From the human T2T-CHM13v2.0 reference genome, Homo sapiens, in NCBI RefSeq assembly GCF_009914755.1, contig NC_060933.1: 64,000 nt of DNA; one strand, written 5' to 3'. Shown here piece after piece: positions 40,800 to 59,690 of the stretch. The notes under the pieces are model-generated. The model made no database searches and was not told the origin of the DNA. It saw nothing but the letters and a program-made list of their open reading frames with translations. A program made the translations under genes and the position numbers. The stretch's first letter is position 1; each line of letters opens with the position of its first letter.

Positions 40800-41012
40800 C
40801 AAGCTTGTTGAACACATGGCTTGCATGTGACCCAGGATGGCTCTGAATGTGGCCCAACACAAATTCATAAACTTTCACAAAATGAGATGTATTTTTTGCA
40901 AATTTTTAAAAGGTTATTGGCTACTATTAGTATTAGTGTATCTTATGTGTGGCCCAACACAGTAATTCTTCTTCCAATGTGGCCCAGGAAGCCAAAAGAT
41001 TGGACACCTGTG
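40800..41012 (-). mobile_element. MER30-type MITE
   Basis: caagcttgttgaac...gccaaaagattggacacc; reverse-complement match to the element at 17650. Confidence 0.85.
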
Positions 41013-41087
41013 GTTTAAAGAGTTAAGTAGAATAATACTTTCATGCACACAATATTCCCCAAATTAATTCACAATTCATCTACTAAC

Positions 41088-41172
41088 CTCGTAATTTTCT
41101 ACTTCTCCATCTTCTACATCTAATTCAAAGCTGAAAGTTGGGCCCACTGCAGGTGGCACTGGAAGCATTGAT
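41088..41172 (-). CDS. RNF38: RNF38 coding exon (85 nt; SMLPVPPAVGPTFSFELDVEDGEVENYE)
   Basis: Acceptor ttttcactgcag|A, donor GAG|gttagt; phase 2/0. Confidence 0.95.
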
Positions 41173-41990
41173 CTGCAGTGAAAACAATCACACTAGCATT
41201 GATATGTTAGTACATTAAATCAATGAACAGGACAGGGAGGACAGAGGCCAGTGCTATAAGGATGAAGAATGGTTAGTGTTAATCTGACAAATTTAACAAA
41301 ACATATGCAAGAACTGTACAATAAAAACTGCAAATAGATTGCTAGGATAACTTAAAGGTGAATAAACAGAAATATACCACATAAGAAGATTAGAAGACTC
41401 AATATCATTCAGATGTCACTTTCTCCTTAAAATAATCTATAAATTCCATGCAATACCTACCAAGATTGCAGCAAGCACTTAAGTAAAAACTCACATGCTG
41501 ATTTAAAAATTTATAAGGAAATGCAAAAGACCTTAAACTGAAACATTTTAAGACCAAATTGGGAGACATACTATATCTGACATTAAGATAGAAAGATAAA
41601 TAGAGAAAACGGGGAGAGAGAGGAAGGAAGGAAGGAAAAACTATGACCACAGTGTGGTAACGTAAGCACATGGCCTTCTGGTATAAAAACTGTATTTCCT
41701 AGCATTCCCAGAAAGTAATTATAGACATGTGACTAAGTTCTGGCCAATGTGATACAGAGGCAGGGGTTATACGTGTCACTTCTGGGACATATCCTTGAGA
41801 GGAGCAGGTAGGCAGAGGAATCTATTTTTATTTTTGCTAGGTGGAATGTCATATGACTAGAGCCTGAGAGGCCACCTTAGATCTTATACAGGAAGCCATT
41901 AACATTGTTCATAGTCACAGGGCTAACGAAATCATCGTTGAGCTGCCTACTTCTAGACTTTATTATGTGAGACAGAAATAAATAATTACT

Positions 41991-42300
41991 GGCAGGGCGC
42001 AGTGGCTCACACCTGTAATCCCAGCACTTTGGGAGGGTAAGATGGGCGGATCACCTGAGGTCAGGAGTTCGTGAGCAGCCTGGCCAACATGGCGAAACCC
42101 TGTTTCTACTAAAAGTACAAAAATTAGCTGGGCATGGTGGTCCATGCCTGTAATCCCAGCTACTTGGGAGGCCGAGGCAGGAAAATCGCTGGAACCTGGG
42201 AGGCAGAGCTTGCAGTGAGCCGAGCCGAGGTGGTGCCACTGCACTCCAGCACAGACTTAAGAGCGAGACTCCATCTCAAATTAAAAAAAAAAAACAACAA
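41991..42300 (+). mobile_element. Alu, apparently inside a MaLR LTR relic (~41660-42330)
   Basis: Full dimer; flanking catgtgactaagttctggccaatg MLT1 motif. Confidence 0.88.
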
Positions 42301-42714
42301 ACCTACCCATGGGAATTTCTGTTACAGACCAACTTAATCCAAATAGAGTAGTTCTAAGACATAGAAATAAATAAATTTTTCTCCTTTCTCCCTAAGAAAA
42401 ACAGCACTAAAAGCTGAATAATCAAGACTGGTGGTAAGTGTTATCAGTTGTAAAAGAGGCAGAAAATCTTAACCTTTTCTGCTTCTTGATCTGTTAAACC
42501 TATTTTTTGGCTCACAGATTTCTTCCTTCCCCATTTCTCCTATGTTACTGTTCTTTCTTTCAGCCTTAACTGGCTCCTCCCACCCCACCCTTTAACATTA
42601 AGTAAAGACAAATAACTAACACACCAAAAGCTATAGACACAAAGACATTCACAAAGGAAAGAGAATCTCAAGAGTTTCAAAATTCAGAAATCATTAAGAT
42701 AAGAAAGAACTTAC

Positions 42715-42821
42715 AACACATATGGCAGTAAGCTGGGATGATAAGGGGGAGGTGGTATTGGCTGCTGGGATCGGTATCTACTACGTCCTGTAAGCCTCCG
42801 AGGCATAAATGGAGGATAAGG
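42715..42821 (-). CDS. RNF38: RNF38 coding exon (107 nt; PYPPFMPRRLTGRSRYRSQQPIPPPPYHPSLLPYV)
   Basis: Acceptor ttttccccttgcag|CCT, donor TT|gtaagt; phase 0/2; manual translation (not in ORF track). Confidence 0.95.
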
Positions 42822-43142
42822 CTGCAAGGGGAAAAATGTTAAGATTTAGAATCACTCTACGTTTACAAATAGCCTGTCAAATAAAGTATCTAATTAAAAA
42901 AAGACTTAAACAGTAAAGTTCTTTATTGTTCAAAGTTTTAATATTCCTTAAATACTAACTTATTAATGGATGCAGCAACCATTTTAAACCATACACTCAG
43001 GTGTATTTCTAAATATAACTTTCCAACTGAATGCTGTCGAGAATACATATAATTCTAAATATGGTGAATTATACTAAAACATAACTCAGAACAAGTAAGT
43101 TGCCAAAGCAAGTAATTAACATAGTACTCTGTGAAAACTTAC

Positions 43143-43304
43143 TACTCCAAAGGACACCTCCTGATGCAAAGGATCATGTGTTAAGAACTGCAAGGGAGCT
43201 GATGGAGGTAATGTTGGGGGGTGGGCTGATGGAGGGTAAGTAAAACCTCCTACTGGAAGATGTTCTCCTAAGAGTTCCACTTCATTTTCTATCCTTTGCA
43301 GAGG
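43143..43304 (-). CDS. RNF38: RNF38 coding exon (162 nt; PLQRIENEVEL...QEVSFGV)
   Basis: Acceptor ttttccccctcctcag|CCT, donor GTA|gtaagt; phase 0/0. Confidence 0.96.
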
Positions 43305-44160
43305 CTGAGGAGGGGGAAAAAAAAACACATATATGTATATATATATATACTTCCTGTGTTTAGATAGATTATGCTTTATAATAATCACAAATTTAAAATC
43401 CCAAAATGTCTTTAAGGCCATGCATCTCTTGATATTCACATGAATCTAAAATTCATACAAGTAAACATATAGGCTACAGTAAAATCTTCCTAACTTTGAT
43501 TTCAACAAGGTTTAAAACATGTTATCAAACATTTCCATTACCCTCTATTTATTTTACTATTTGAACCTTCTCTTAAAATGAGAAGGCAAAAAGTCATCGA
43601 ATAAGCCAATTATAGCAAAATTAAAATTACTTTTTCAGTCATAGCACCCTGACCTAAAGGATTTTCAGACATTTAACCTTTCACAGATGAAACAAAACAG
43701 GATGTGCATTTATAAATCAGAAACAGGGCTAAATGAGATATGGTACAGAGGCATTATGCTGTGCAGAAAGATTATGGGCTTCTGGACATTAGAATCTTGG
43801 TACTGTCACCAATCAGCCATGTTAACTTTCAGATAAATTACTTAATCTGAACCTCAGTATTGTCATCTATAAAACCGGCATGCTCAGAGCCTACTTCAAA
43901 AGTGTGTAGTTAACACTGGGAAACAAGAGGGAGGCTCTGTCTCAAACAAAAACAAAAACAAAAGCCACAAGAAAACAAAGAACAGTTCATTGAGATATAA
44001 CTGACATATGATAAAAGGAATTCAACTGAATGGATTTTTGGTATATTAACAGTTATGTAACCATCACCACTATCTAGTTCCAGAACATCTTCATCAGCCC
44101 AAAAAGAAACTGTATACCCATTATCAGTCAATCCCCATTTCCCCAAGCCATCAGCTTTCC

Positions 44161-44429
<269 letters not shown>

Positions 44430-45807
44430 CAGCTTTCCATTTTTATGTATTTACTTATTCTACACGTTTCATGTAAATGGAACCAGTTCATTTAAATAAG
44501 CAAGAAGCTATGTCTACCTTCTCTGCTTAACATAATGCTTTCAAGGCTCATCTGTTTCGCAGACTTTATCAATGCTTCACTCCTTTTTATGAGTGAGTAT
44601 TACATTGCATGGATATACCACTCTTTCGTCACCCATTTATCAGTTGACAGACATTTGGATTGTCCACTCTTTGACTATTAGGAATAGTGCTATTACTACA
44701 TTTGTGTACACATTTTCATGCTGATGTTTTCAACTGAATTCTCTTAGGCACATTTATTTTTAAATGCTAGTCTGACTTCTTCCCTTAGTTACAGAATAGC
44801 AACATGTTATTCAAATATAAGTAAATACTAAGCTTTAATTTGGAAGCCTATGCATGCTTGAGAGAAATCACAATTGCTTACACTATGACAACACTAGTGA
44901 AAACAAAGTCTTGATATGGCTATGTGACTGGACCTTTAAAAGAATTCCAAATTTAGATACAAGTGATAGCTAAATTTTGCTTTAGCCTTGAATTCCCAGA
45001 TACTGGAAGCTGAGAAGGAGAACATCCTGGCACAAATCCTATCCTATTTCCAAGAAAAGATTGTCTTGCAGAAGCAATTCTACCTCTTCTGATGAGCCAA
45101 ACTTGCGTCATAATTGCTTCTACAGTTTTCAGGACAGCAGCCTCTTTGGTACCCAGCATGGTATAGAAATCCTTAGTAAACAATGGTAAGACTGCTACAA
45201 TAAACTGTCAAGTTCTTTCCACAGAGCTGAAATCTTCCACTTTAGCCACTTCTATAGGTTATCTCTCCTGTTTCTCCTTAATGTCTGATGGTCTTGATGC
45301 TGAACCTGGCTTATCAAAACAACTGGACCTTTTTTCCTGTGCCCTTCTTTGTACTTATATAGTACTTATATCTCCCAGTGTCCCAAAATAATAGGCCTCT
45401 CAACTATATCCCAGTCCCAAGACAGAATTAACTATGTTAACAGACTACCTCATCTGCTTTTCATCACAACATAGTGAAAAACCAGGCCTTCAGAAAAAGT
45501 AACTCAAGTTCAGAAAGGTTAATTTCCTTGCCTAAATGAATACAAATATTATTCTAACAAGTATTAATAATTTTATAATATTTTCATTTTCCAATTTAGA
45601 ACCACATAAAAAGAAAAAAACAATACAACTAAAAACTTTTCTTCAGATTTACTTCCTGAAGGACTGCAGATGTAATAGAACACAAATTTAGACAAGTGAC
45701 ATTAAAATAACTAGAAAAATTTAAGAAACCAGAAATTTAAGGTAAACGTTTATACTAATTTGTATATGTTTGGATTCCTTTAATTCAAGAACCAGAAGAA
45801 TGCCTAA

Positions 45808-46119
<312 letters not shown>

Positions 46120-46233
46120 AAGTTACTATGTTTAAGCATGCCATTTAAACATAGTAACTTAGGCATTCGTCTGGTTCTTAAATCCACTAAGGTTATATAC
46201 CTGGCCTAAACATTCTGAAAAAATTAAAAATTA

Positions 46234-46461
<228 letters not shown>

Positions 46462-47723
46462 TTACAGTTTGGTTAAAAATATCAGAATATATGATTAATT
46501 TAAAAGGATAGTGAGATTAAAATCTGTCATTGTCACACCTCTCCCAAAATCATGAAAATGTTTTTAATAGCTTATATTAACAATGAAATACCAGTGTATT
46601 TTTTAATCTACTAGTAAAGTAATGGTACTAATAACTATTCTGTATTTTATATAATTTTTATAAATTGGTTGAAATCCTTGAGCCTTTTAACCATCTATGA
46701 AAAAGGGTTGGGGCGGGTGTGGGGGGGGCGGGGGGGAAGTGCTGCAAAGAAGAGGAAACTCTCTCTAGTTGGTTTAAGATGTAGCAAACACTACCGGTAT
46801 TTCAAGAAACTCCCCTTTTCAATCCTGTAGAAATCTTTTTCTTCCTAGGATTTTCATAAGAGCACAACTCTCAACTAATTGCCTTATAATCTCTCAGTAT
46901 TTTAGTTCCCAAATTTGGTACAATGTTTCTATTACTGAGAAACTAAGCCTGAGTAAATTAATCTGTTAAGTTAGTATTGGTATAAGTGTGCACTTGCTTT
47001 AATCTCACATTCAGAGCAACGTATTAAGAGTTACATTTAAATTTTGCTGTGATTTCCTTTGAAGACATTGTTGACCTTAGATACATCATTTAAATACAGC
47101 GCCCTCATTTCTGAAAGGAGGCTGAACTGAGATTAAAGATTAAAGGACAAAGCATAAGCTTCAGAGGCAAGAAAAAAAAAGTTAGTGTGAATCTCTACTC
47201 TCCTATACTAGCTGTCTCTACGGCACTGAGCAAGTCATATTTAACTTTTCAGATTCAGACACTAGAAAATGGGGGATGATGCTACTTTCATCATAGGTTT
47301 CCTATAGTAAGGAATAAGACAAAGCACTCAAAGTGCCCATTAAAACTCAGTAAGTGCTGAGACTCTTAAGTGTTGAACAATAAGGTCTCTGAGACTTAGG
47401 CTGACCTTCATTGGCTTTAATTATAAACGGTGTTGACATATGAGAAAACATGGTTTGACCCTCAGGATATCCAAATATATGTATAAGTTAATTAATGTAA
47501 AAATATATCCGGTTATAAAGCTAATTTTCTTAAATGGTTACTATAAGGATATTATTGAGATTTTTATTGCAATAAAATTGGCCTTTTTACTTGAAAGTGA
47601 AACTACAAAGACAGTCTCTTAAATTTTGTTTGCTTATATAATGCAGTTAGCCCCTCTAAAGAGGGTAAGAGTCGGGAAGTTACAAAACCAAATTCAGGCT
47701 GGTGTGCTTAATAGTAATATCTA

Positions 47724-47972
<249 letters not shown>

Positions 47973-48631
47973 TCAAAATCAACATTTGGTCATTTATTGG
48001 CTCCTCTCTCAGCTACACGGATTTTCACAATGTACTCTCCAATAGTTTCGACCAGAATATTCATTGTCTTTGTAGGGGAGAGTTGACTATTTCAAGAGTA
48101 TATACTATTTCCACAAAATTGGGGCTAAACTCCTCCCTCAAATGACTTGAAAAGCCCAGGGAAATAATGGATTACTATATTAACTCTTCTAGCCTGTCCT
48201 ATAAAGGCAGAATAAAAAGAACTGGAATCATTAAAGCTTGTATCTTCCATTATTTGGTCACATTCAAAACAAATTTTAATTACAACTAGTGAAACAATGT
48301 AAAGTATATTTTTAAAAAAATGAAATCTCATTTCCCGCCTAGCCAATCTTATTCCCATCCTACCTGCCACCCAGAGGCAAACGATGCTGATAACATATCC
48401 TTCTTCTCTTTCTCCATGAACATATGAAAGCACAATTACATATAAAATGTCACATTTATTTTTGTTTTCTTAACAGAAATGAGATCATACTACCCTGCAA
48501 CTTTGTTTTTCCATTTAATACTACATTGCAGGTATGTATGCAAGGGAGTTAAAAGTAACTTGTTCTCTTTGGTACTAGCCAGATATTTTAAGAAACACTT
48601 GCTTAACACAGTCCTATCATATGGTGTATCA

Positions 48632-49095
<464 letters not shown>

Positions 49096-49623
49096 CCATC
49101 GATCCTCTAGGTTGTCATAATCATTTGTAATTTTTTTATTTAAGAGGTATATGAATCTATTGCTTGTTGTGTGTAATGAAAATATTTTCCTAGTCTATGT
49201 TTTATCTTTTGATGAGATCCTTTATTTAATGGCATATTTTTGTCTTTTGTGATTTTTTTTTTTAAATGTAGCCAGAGTGTAGCTTTGGGGTTTCCTTTAC
49301 TGATGAGGTTATAAACATATATTCCTGTATTTCCTAATTCTTTAGTTTTTCGTATTCCAAAAGACTTATTTTTGTTTATAAAGTAGGGCTCTAATTTTGC
49401 TTGCACATGGACAATTATACTTGCTCCATTTATTAAACCATCTTCTTGCCTCTACAGTGAAATACCATCTTTTTAAAAATTCATTAAGTACGCACACATT
49501 CCTGGATTTCATGCTGCTTTAATTACAGTATCTTACTGGAAGAGTTAGCATCTGGTAAGAAATTCTTCTCACCATACATCTTTTCATTTTTTGGCATTGT
49601 CACACAGTTATTCTTACGTATAA

Positions 49624-50018
<395 letters not shown>

Positions 50019-50376
50019 TATATTAAGACTTTTTATACCCAGAAACATTATGCCATTACGTTGAATATCACGGTTCTGTCTTTCAAGAAGAAATTAAGTC
50101 TTCCTTCAACCCCATAAGACAGGATTGAAAAAAAAATTAGTTTTCTTCAAAAAGATTATTAAATTTATTTCTCAAAGTTTATTATTAAATTTGTTCCTCA
50201 AACTGTGGTTCTGTTATAATGACAAGAGGTTATTTTACTCTATTTGCATGTCAAAGCGGTTAGTGTTAGTACGAAGATAATTTTTATCTATATTATCTTG
50301 AATATATCAACCTTACCAACTTTTAAATTCTGGTATTTTTAAAAAACTTAGAATCTCCTTTCCTAGGTATACAACT

Positions 50377-50598
50377 ACAGGATGAGCATCCCTTATCTGA
50401 AATGCATGGGACCAGAAGCATTTTGGATTTTTTGGAATTTTAGAAAATCTGCATTATACTTACCAATTTGGCATCTCTAATCCCAAAATCTGAAATCCAA
50501 AATGCTTAAAATAAACATTTCCTTTGAGTGTTGAGTCGGTGCTCAAAAAGTTAGATTTTAGAGCATTTCAGATACTCAAATTAGAGGTGTCCAACCTG
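50377..50598. mobile_element. Tigger4a/MER46-like MITE
   Basis: TIRs caggatgagcatcc...ggtgtccaacctg. Confidence 0.8.
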
Positions 50599-50793
50599 AA
50601 TAAGGTTCAACCCAACTATCATCTTTTTGTGTTAGCAAACTAGAACCTTCAAAAATAATGTGTATAAGTACCTATATCCTATATCTGATTTTAATGGAAA
50701 AGTATGATGAATTTTACCAATAAAACTATTGATTTCTAATAAACAGCCTTTGTCACAAATACCACCCCCCTACCCCGACCAACTGCACACACA

Positions 50794-51089
50794 TTTTTTT
50801 TGAGACAGAGTCTTGATATATTGCCAACAATGGAGTGCAGTGGTGCCATCACGGCTCACCATAGCCTCAATCTCCTGGGGCTCAGGTGATCCTCCCACCA
50901 CAGCCTCCCAAGTAGCTGGGACTACAAGTGCATGCGACCACACCCAGTTAATTTTTGTATTATTATTTTTGTAGAGACAGGGTTTCACTGTGTTGTCCAG
51001 GCTGTTCTCCAACTTTTGAGCTCATGTGATCCGCCCACTTCAGCCTCCCAAAGTGCAGGGATTACAGGCATGAACCACCGCGCTTGGCC
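50794..51089 (-). mobile_element. AluJ
   Basis: Antisense dimer. Confidence 0.92.
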
Positions 51090-51094
51090 AAGTA

Positions 51095-53190
<2,096 letters not shown>

Positions 53191-53560
53191 AGCACCACAG
53201 TGAGAACTTTTGATGAATACAAACATTTCCAAAAAACAGACATAGAAAGCCACTATAAACAATCCTGTAGAAATTTTTTTGTGTGGACATATGCACTCAA
53301 TTCTCTTGATTACACTAAGAATGGAATTGCTGGATTACTGGGTAGGTGTATGTTTGACATGATTAGAAACTGACCAACAGGTTTCCAAAAGATCATGCTA
53401 CTTTTTACTTCCACTAGCAATAGAATTGTCAGTCTTTTTAATTTTGGCCCTCAAAATGTCATGTTTTCATTTGGTCACCCAACTGTCCCAGAACCACTTA
53501 TTAGCAATTCTGTCTTGTTCCAACTCACCTACATTCATCAAGTCATATGCCATGTATATA

Positions 53561-54530
53561 TACTCATGCGTGGCTTAACGATGGAGATACATTCTGAGAA
53601 ATGTGTCATTAGGTGATTTCATTGTTGTACTAACATCATAGAGTGTACTTATACAAACCAAGATGGCAGAGAGCCTACTACACACCTAGGCTTATATGTT
53701 ATAGCCTATTGCCCCTAGGCTACAAACCTGTATAGCATGTTGCTGTTGCTATACGAAACCCTGTAGGTAATTATAACACAAGGGAAGTACAGTTAGCCCT
53801 TGAACAACATGAGTTTGAACTGCATGGGTCTACTTATATGCAGATTTTTTTTTTTTTTTTTTTGGAGGTGCAATCTCGCTCACTGCCACCACCTCCTGGG
53901 TTCAAGCATTTCTCCTGCCTCAGACTCCCGAGTACCTGGGATAGGCACCCGCCACCACGTCTGGCTAACTTTCGTGTTTTTAGTAGAGATGGGGTGTCAC
54001 CATGTTGGCCAGGCTGGCTCGAACTCTTGACCTCAAGGGATCTGCCCACTTCAGCCTCCCAAAGTGCTAGGATTACAGGCATGAGCCACCGTGCCCTGCC
54101 CACATTTCAATAAAAGTTGCATAAAGTGTGCCTGTCTCTCCTCCACCAGAGACAGCAAGACCAACTCCTCCTCCTCTTCCTCAGCCTACCCCACATGAAA
54201 ACCACAGGGATGAAGACCTTTATGATCAACTTAATGTATTTTATGATTTTTTTAATCACACTTTCTCTAGCTTACATTATAAGAATACAGTATATAATAT
54301 ACTAAATATGTATTAACTATGTTATTGGTCAACATTAGTCTATTAGTTTTTGAGGGAGTCAACCATTATATGTGTATTTTCAACAGTGTAGAGGGTTGGT
54401 ACCTCTAACCCCTGTATTTGTGTATCTAAACACAAAAAAGATATAGTAAAAATATGGTATTATAAACTTACGAGACCACTGTTGTATATGTGGTCTGTTG
54501 GTCAAACGTTATTATGTAGCATATGACCAT
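53561..54530 (+). mobile_element. Tigger3a (MER7) interrupted by Tigger2a (53790-54414), itself interrupted by an Alu (53845-54101)
   Basis: Tigger3a halves rejoin at TA (ggaagTA|tttgtgtatctaaac); Tigger2a TIR cagttagcccttgaacaacat. Confidence 0.82.
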
Positions 54531-54683
54531 ATTCACATAAAATGTGTTGGCTTCTAGATTTTATATTCTATTTCATTAGCTTATTTGGCTATGCTGGCAT
54601 AAATGTCTTTATTACCATAGTTTTATAATAATTCCTAGTAACTGGAGAAGCTACTTTGCCCACCTGTTCTTTCATGACTAGAA

Positions 54684-55050
54684 CAGTGGTTCTCTAATTA
54701 CAATGTGCATTAGAATCACCTGGAGGGCATGGTAAACTAGATTGCTGAGTCCCACACCCACAGATCCTGATTCAGTAAGTCTAGTGTACAGTCTGCGAAT
54801 CTGCAGTTCTAACAAATATCTAGGTGATGCTGCTGCTGCTCAGCTGATTCAGCTAATACTCTTGAGAAATAATTGGTCTAGACCTTAAGACCAGGGTGTC
54901 AGTGGGCCAATTATTTCTTAAAGAGCTAGAAAGTGAATGTTTTAGGTTTGTGGGCCATGGTCTCTGCACAAAGTAACCAAAGACAATACAGATGAACAAA
55001 TAGGTGTGGTTGTGTTCCAATAAAACTTTACAGAAACAACTATCAGTAGT
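54684..55050. mobile_element. MER5A followed by a MER58-like MITE
   Basis: cagtggttctc..tagaatcacctggag; tgtgttccaataaaacttta. Confidence 0.8.
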
Positions 55051-55255
55051 TCACTTTCTATGGCTGTAGACAATTTCAGGTCTTTTAAATTGTCACTAAA
55101 AATGACAGAATCATCTTCTCAAGTTACACCAAAAATCTACTGAAAATTTATTTGGGATTATACTAATTCTATTATGTGCCGCTTTTAAGAACTAAGAGCC
55201 TTAAAAAAACGGGATCTTTCGAGTCAAATCTCTCATTTAAATAAGTTTTCCTGTG

Positions 55256-55994
<739 letters not shown>

Positions 55995-57784
55995 TGAATT
56001 TTTATTACAGAGAATTTCAAATATGTTCAAAAACAGTAGGATAAACCCCCATATCCACCGCCCAGCCCTCAAACCATTAAACCATAGCCAATCCACCTGA
56101 ATATACTGCTTTGTTTCATGTGTTTTGTTGAAGCAAATCCCAGGACCCTATCATTTAAAAAAAATTTTTAGTATGCATTTCTAAAAAATAAGAACACTTA
56201 ATTAGCCACAACAGCATTATTATATTTTTAAAGGAAAGTTATTTAAAATCAAACATGCAGTCACGTTCAAAATTCCAATTATGTCATCAAATAAAAATAA
56301 ATGATTTTATTAGACTTTTTTCCCTTTCCTCTCAAACAGAATCAAAAAAAAGCTTTACATATTGCAACTGATTAGTATGTCTGGGTTGTTCAGTGTTAAT
56401 GTATCTTTTAAAAAGTTGTTCATGTTCTGTTTGATTCTGGTATTAAAAAAAATACTGATTATTGTATATTCATTTTTTGTAACATTTCAATCTGTTCAAT
56501 TCTTAGTTCTAACAATTACCTAAGATGCTTCGGGATTTTCTATCAGTATAATCAGTTTGACTGCAAATATTGATGGTGTTACCTGTTCTTTTCCTATTCT
56601 TAAACTTTTTTCTTCTTGTCTTTTCTGCTGGCTTGGCCTACTGAATAGATGTGGTAATAGTCAGCATCCTGGTTTATTCCAGGTAGCAGGAAAGTGTTCA
56701 AAGTTTCACCTTTAAGCATGTTTGAAGTAGGTGAATTCACTGTAGGTCTGTTTCTATTGGTTTTCAATTATAGCCCTTTTTAAGTCATGTACCGAGTTAA
56801 CTTTGTTTATTGCTCGCTGTTCTTGAAAAATTATTGGGGGAACTGAGAACCAAAATGAAGGTTCCTTCTTTCAGGGAGAAATTGCCCCTGCTTTCTAGGC
56901 CCCTGAGGTACCCATTACTTTAAATGAATTTTCACTAACTTCACAGAGTGATGTGAATTTGGGCTGCAAATTTACTTCTGCTCAGTCTTATCCTAGTGAC
57001 CAGATATCCCTGTATTCTGGGTATACAGCGACTTAAAGTGTTTGGTATTTTACGCAGGAAGGGTCTCCTATATAGAAAGTGACTCCTTAAATAGTCCTTG
57101 ATTTTTGTCCCCTTTGCCTCCTGACAGACTCAAAATTGAAGTCCAGGTTTGCTCAAATGAACAAATGCCTTAAGGACAGAACTAGCACCCCACTTTCCCT
57201 TAGTTTTGATTTCTTCTATTAGCTCTTTTGATGCTTTCAGGATACTTATTTTATCTAGCACGCTCGGTTGTCCTCAAGCAAAAGGAATGCTATCAATAAG
57301 CCTTCCTACCACGTATTGAAAATTAAAGTCCTTCCTTTTTACACTTTAAGACCTTCTAATAAGAAATGATGGCTAGATTTTATATTTCTTGCGCCTATTA
57401 ATATTTTTCCTTTATATTGTTGATAAAACCAATTATCTTGAAAGATTTCCTAATACTGAACCCATGCAGGACGGGTTCAATATTATGTTATTCTTTTAAT
57501 ACATCACTAGGTATATTAAAATAGGTTATTCCAACAGGTTATTCTTTTTTCTTTTTTTTAATTAAAAAATTGTTCTCATACCTTCTTGCTGAAAACAGCT
57601 TATTCTTTTAATACACCACTAGCTATGGTTTATTATTTAAAACTTTTTCATCTGTATTCATGAGGGAAACTAGTCAACAGCTTTCTTTTGTTGTATTCAT
57701 CTATGAAGTTTCATTGTTAAGGTTGTGTTAGTTTCATAAAATATATTTGGAAGCTATCTTTTTCTATGATCTAGAATAGTTTAA

Positions 57785-58125
<341 letters not shown>

Positions 58126-59213
58126 TCAGGTGTAATTTTAATTTTAAAGACGGATTTTGTTATGCTTTTATAATTTCTGCCATGGCTACCGGTCTGCTCA
58201 GGATTTCTAATTCTTGTGTTGTTCTGGTTATTTACATATGTAATGTTTTCATATTCCAATATACAGACTCAACACGTAACACTACTACATAAATGAGACC
58301 TTGCCTTTTCTGAAATGCAGTCTTTTCTTTCTTTGGCTCCATCACTAACCACCACCCCTCCTTCACTTTAGCACTTACCCTACAAGCCTAGTATGTATTT
58401 CTCTGTATTTTTCTCTGTGTTCACATAGTCCTATATACATACACTCATATACATATTAATTATGCTTTACAAAATGGGACTTTGTAAACACTTTCCTCCA
58501 TTTTGCTTTTCTTGCTCAAGGGGATGGGGAGAAGGTACAAAAATTGTGTTTTTCAGTATTTTATATCCATACTTTTATCAGGTTACGGCCACAAATAAGG
58601 TAAGCTTTCCTACATGATCAATTTTTAAGTGTTTCATGAACATAATAAAAATGTCTGGCATAAGAAGAGTATCTAGGTAAGATATTTTCTCAATTGTCAC
58701 TATGTGTTATTGTTTATTATCTAGTGCAGTAGATGAAAATTGAGATCCTATTCTCATTAGCATTCTCTGGTAATTTTTTTTGGTTTATAAACTCACAAGA
58801 TTTCCCCCTTATCCTTAAAATCCAGCAATTTTTATAAGGACATGCTTAGACACATGTCTTTTTTTTTTTGACCTCAGAAACTCCACAGAAAAGACCACCA
58901 TAAAATTGTGGTCTTCATCCTCAGGCTCTGAAGATAGGCAACCTCTCTCCTCAGCTGGTCCCTCAGTTCTTGGCAGAAAGAAAAGGGAAATGAAACATTG
59001 TAGGCTTGTACCTGTCATCTCCTTGGAGGCCTATGAAAACCTATAAGCAAAGATGTACCCAACTGTCTTGCTTATTGAATTATTCCAGAAGAAACTAGGA
59101 AACAGGAATATGTACTCAAACCATCAGTTGTCTGCTATTTCCTACTAATCTTAAATCAATAATTTCAAATCAAGCATACATGAATTCATTCTAAGCTTTC
59201 ATAACCTTGATCC

Positions 59214-59596
<383 letters not shown>

Positions 59597-59690
59597 TAAA
59601 AGAAATTTGCAACAAAAAGCCAAAAAAAAAAAATCTCAAACTGCCACAAAATTTCAGCTTCTGTATTTCCAAGACATTCTGTTATTGTAC

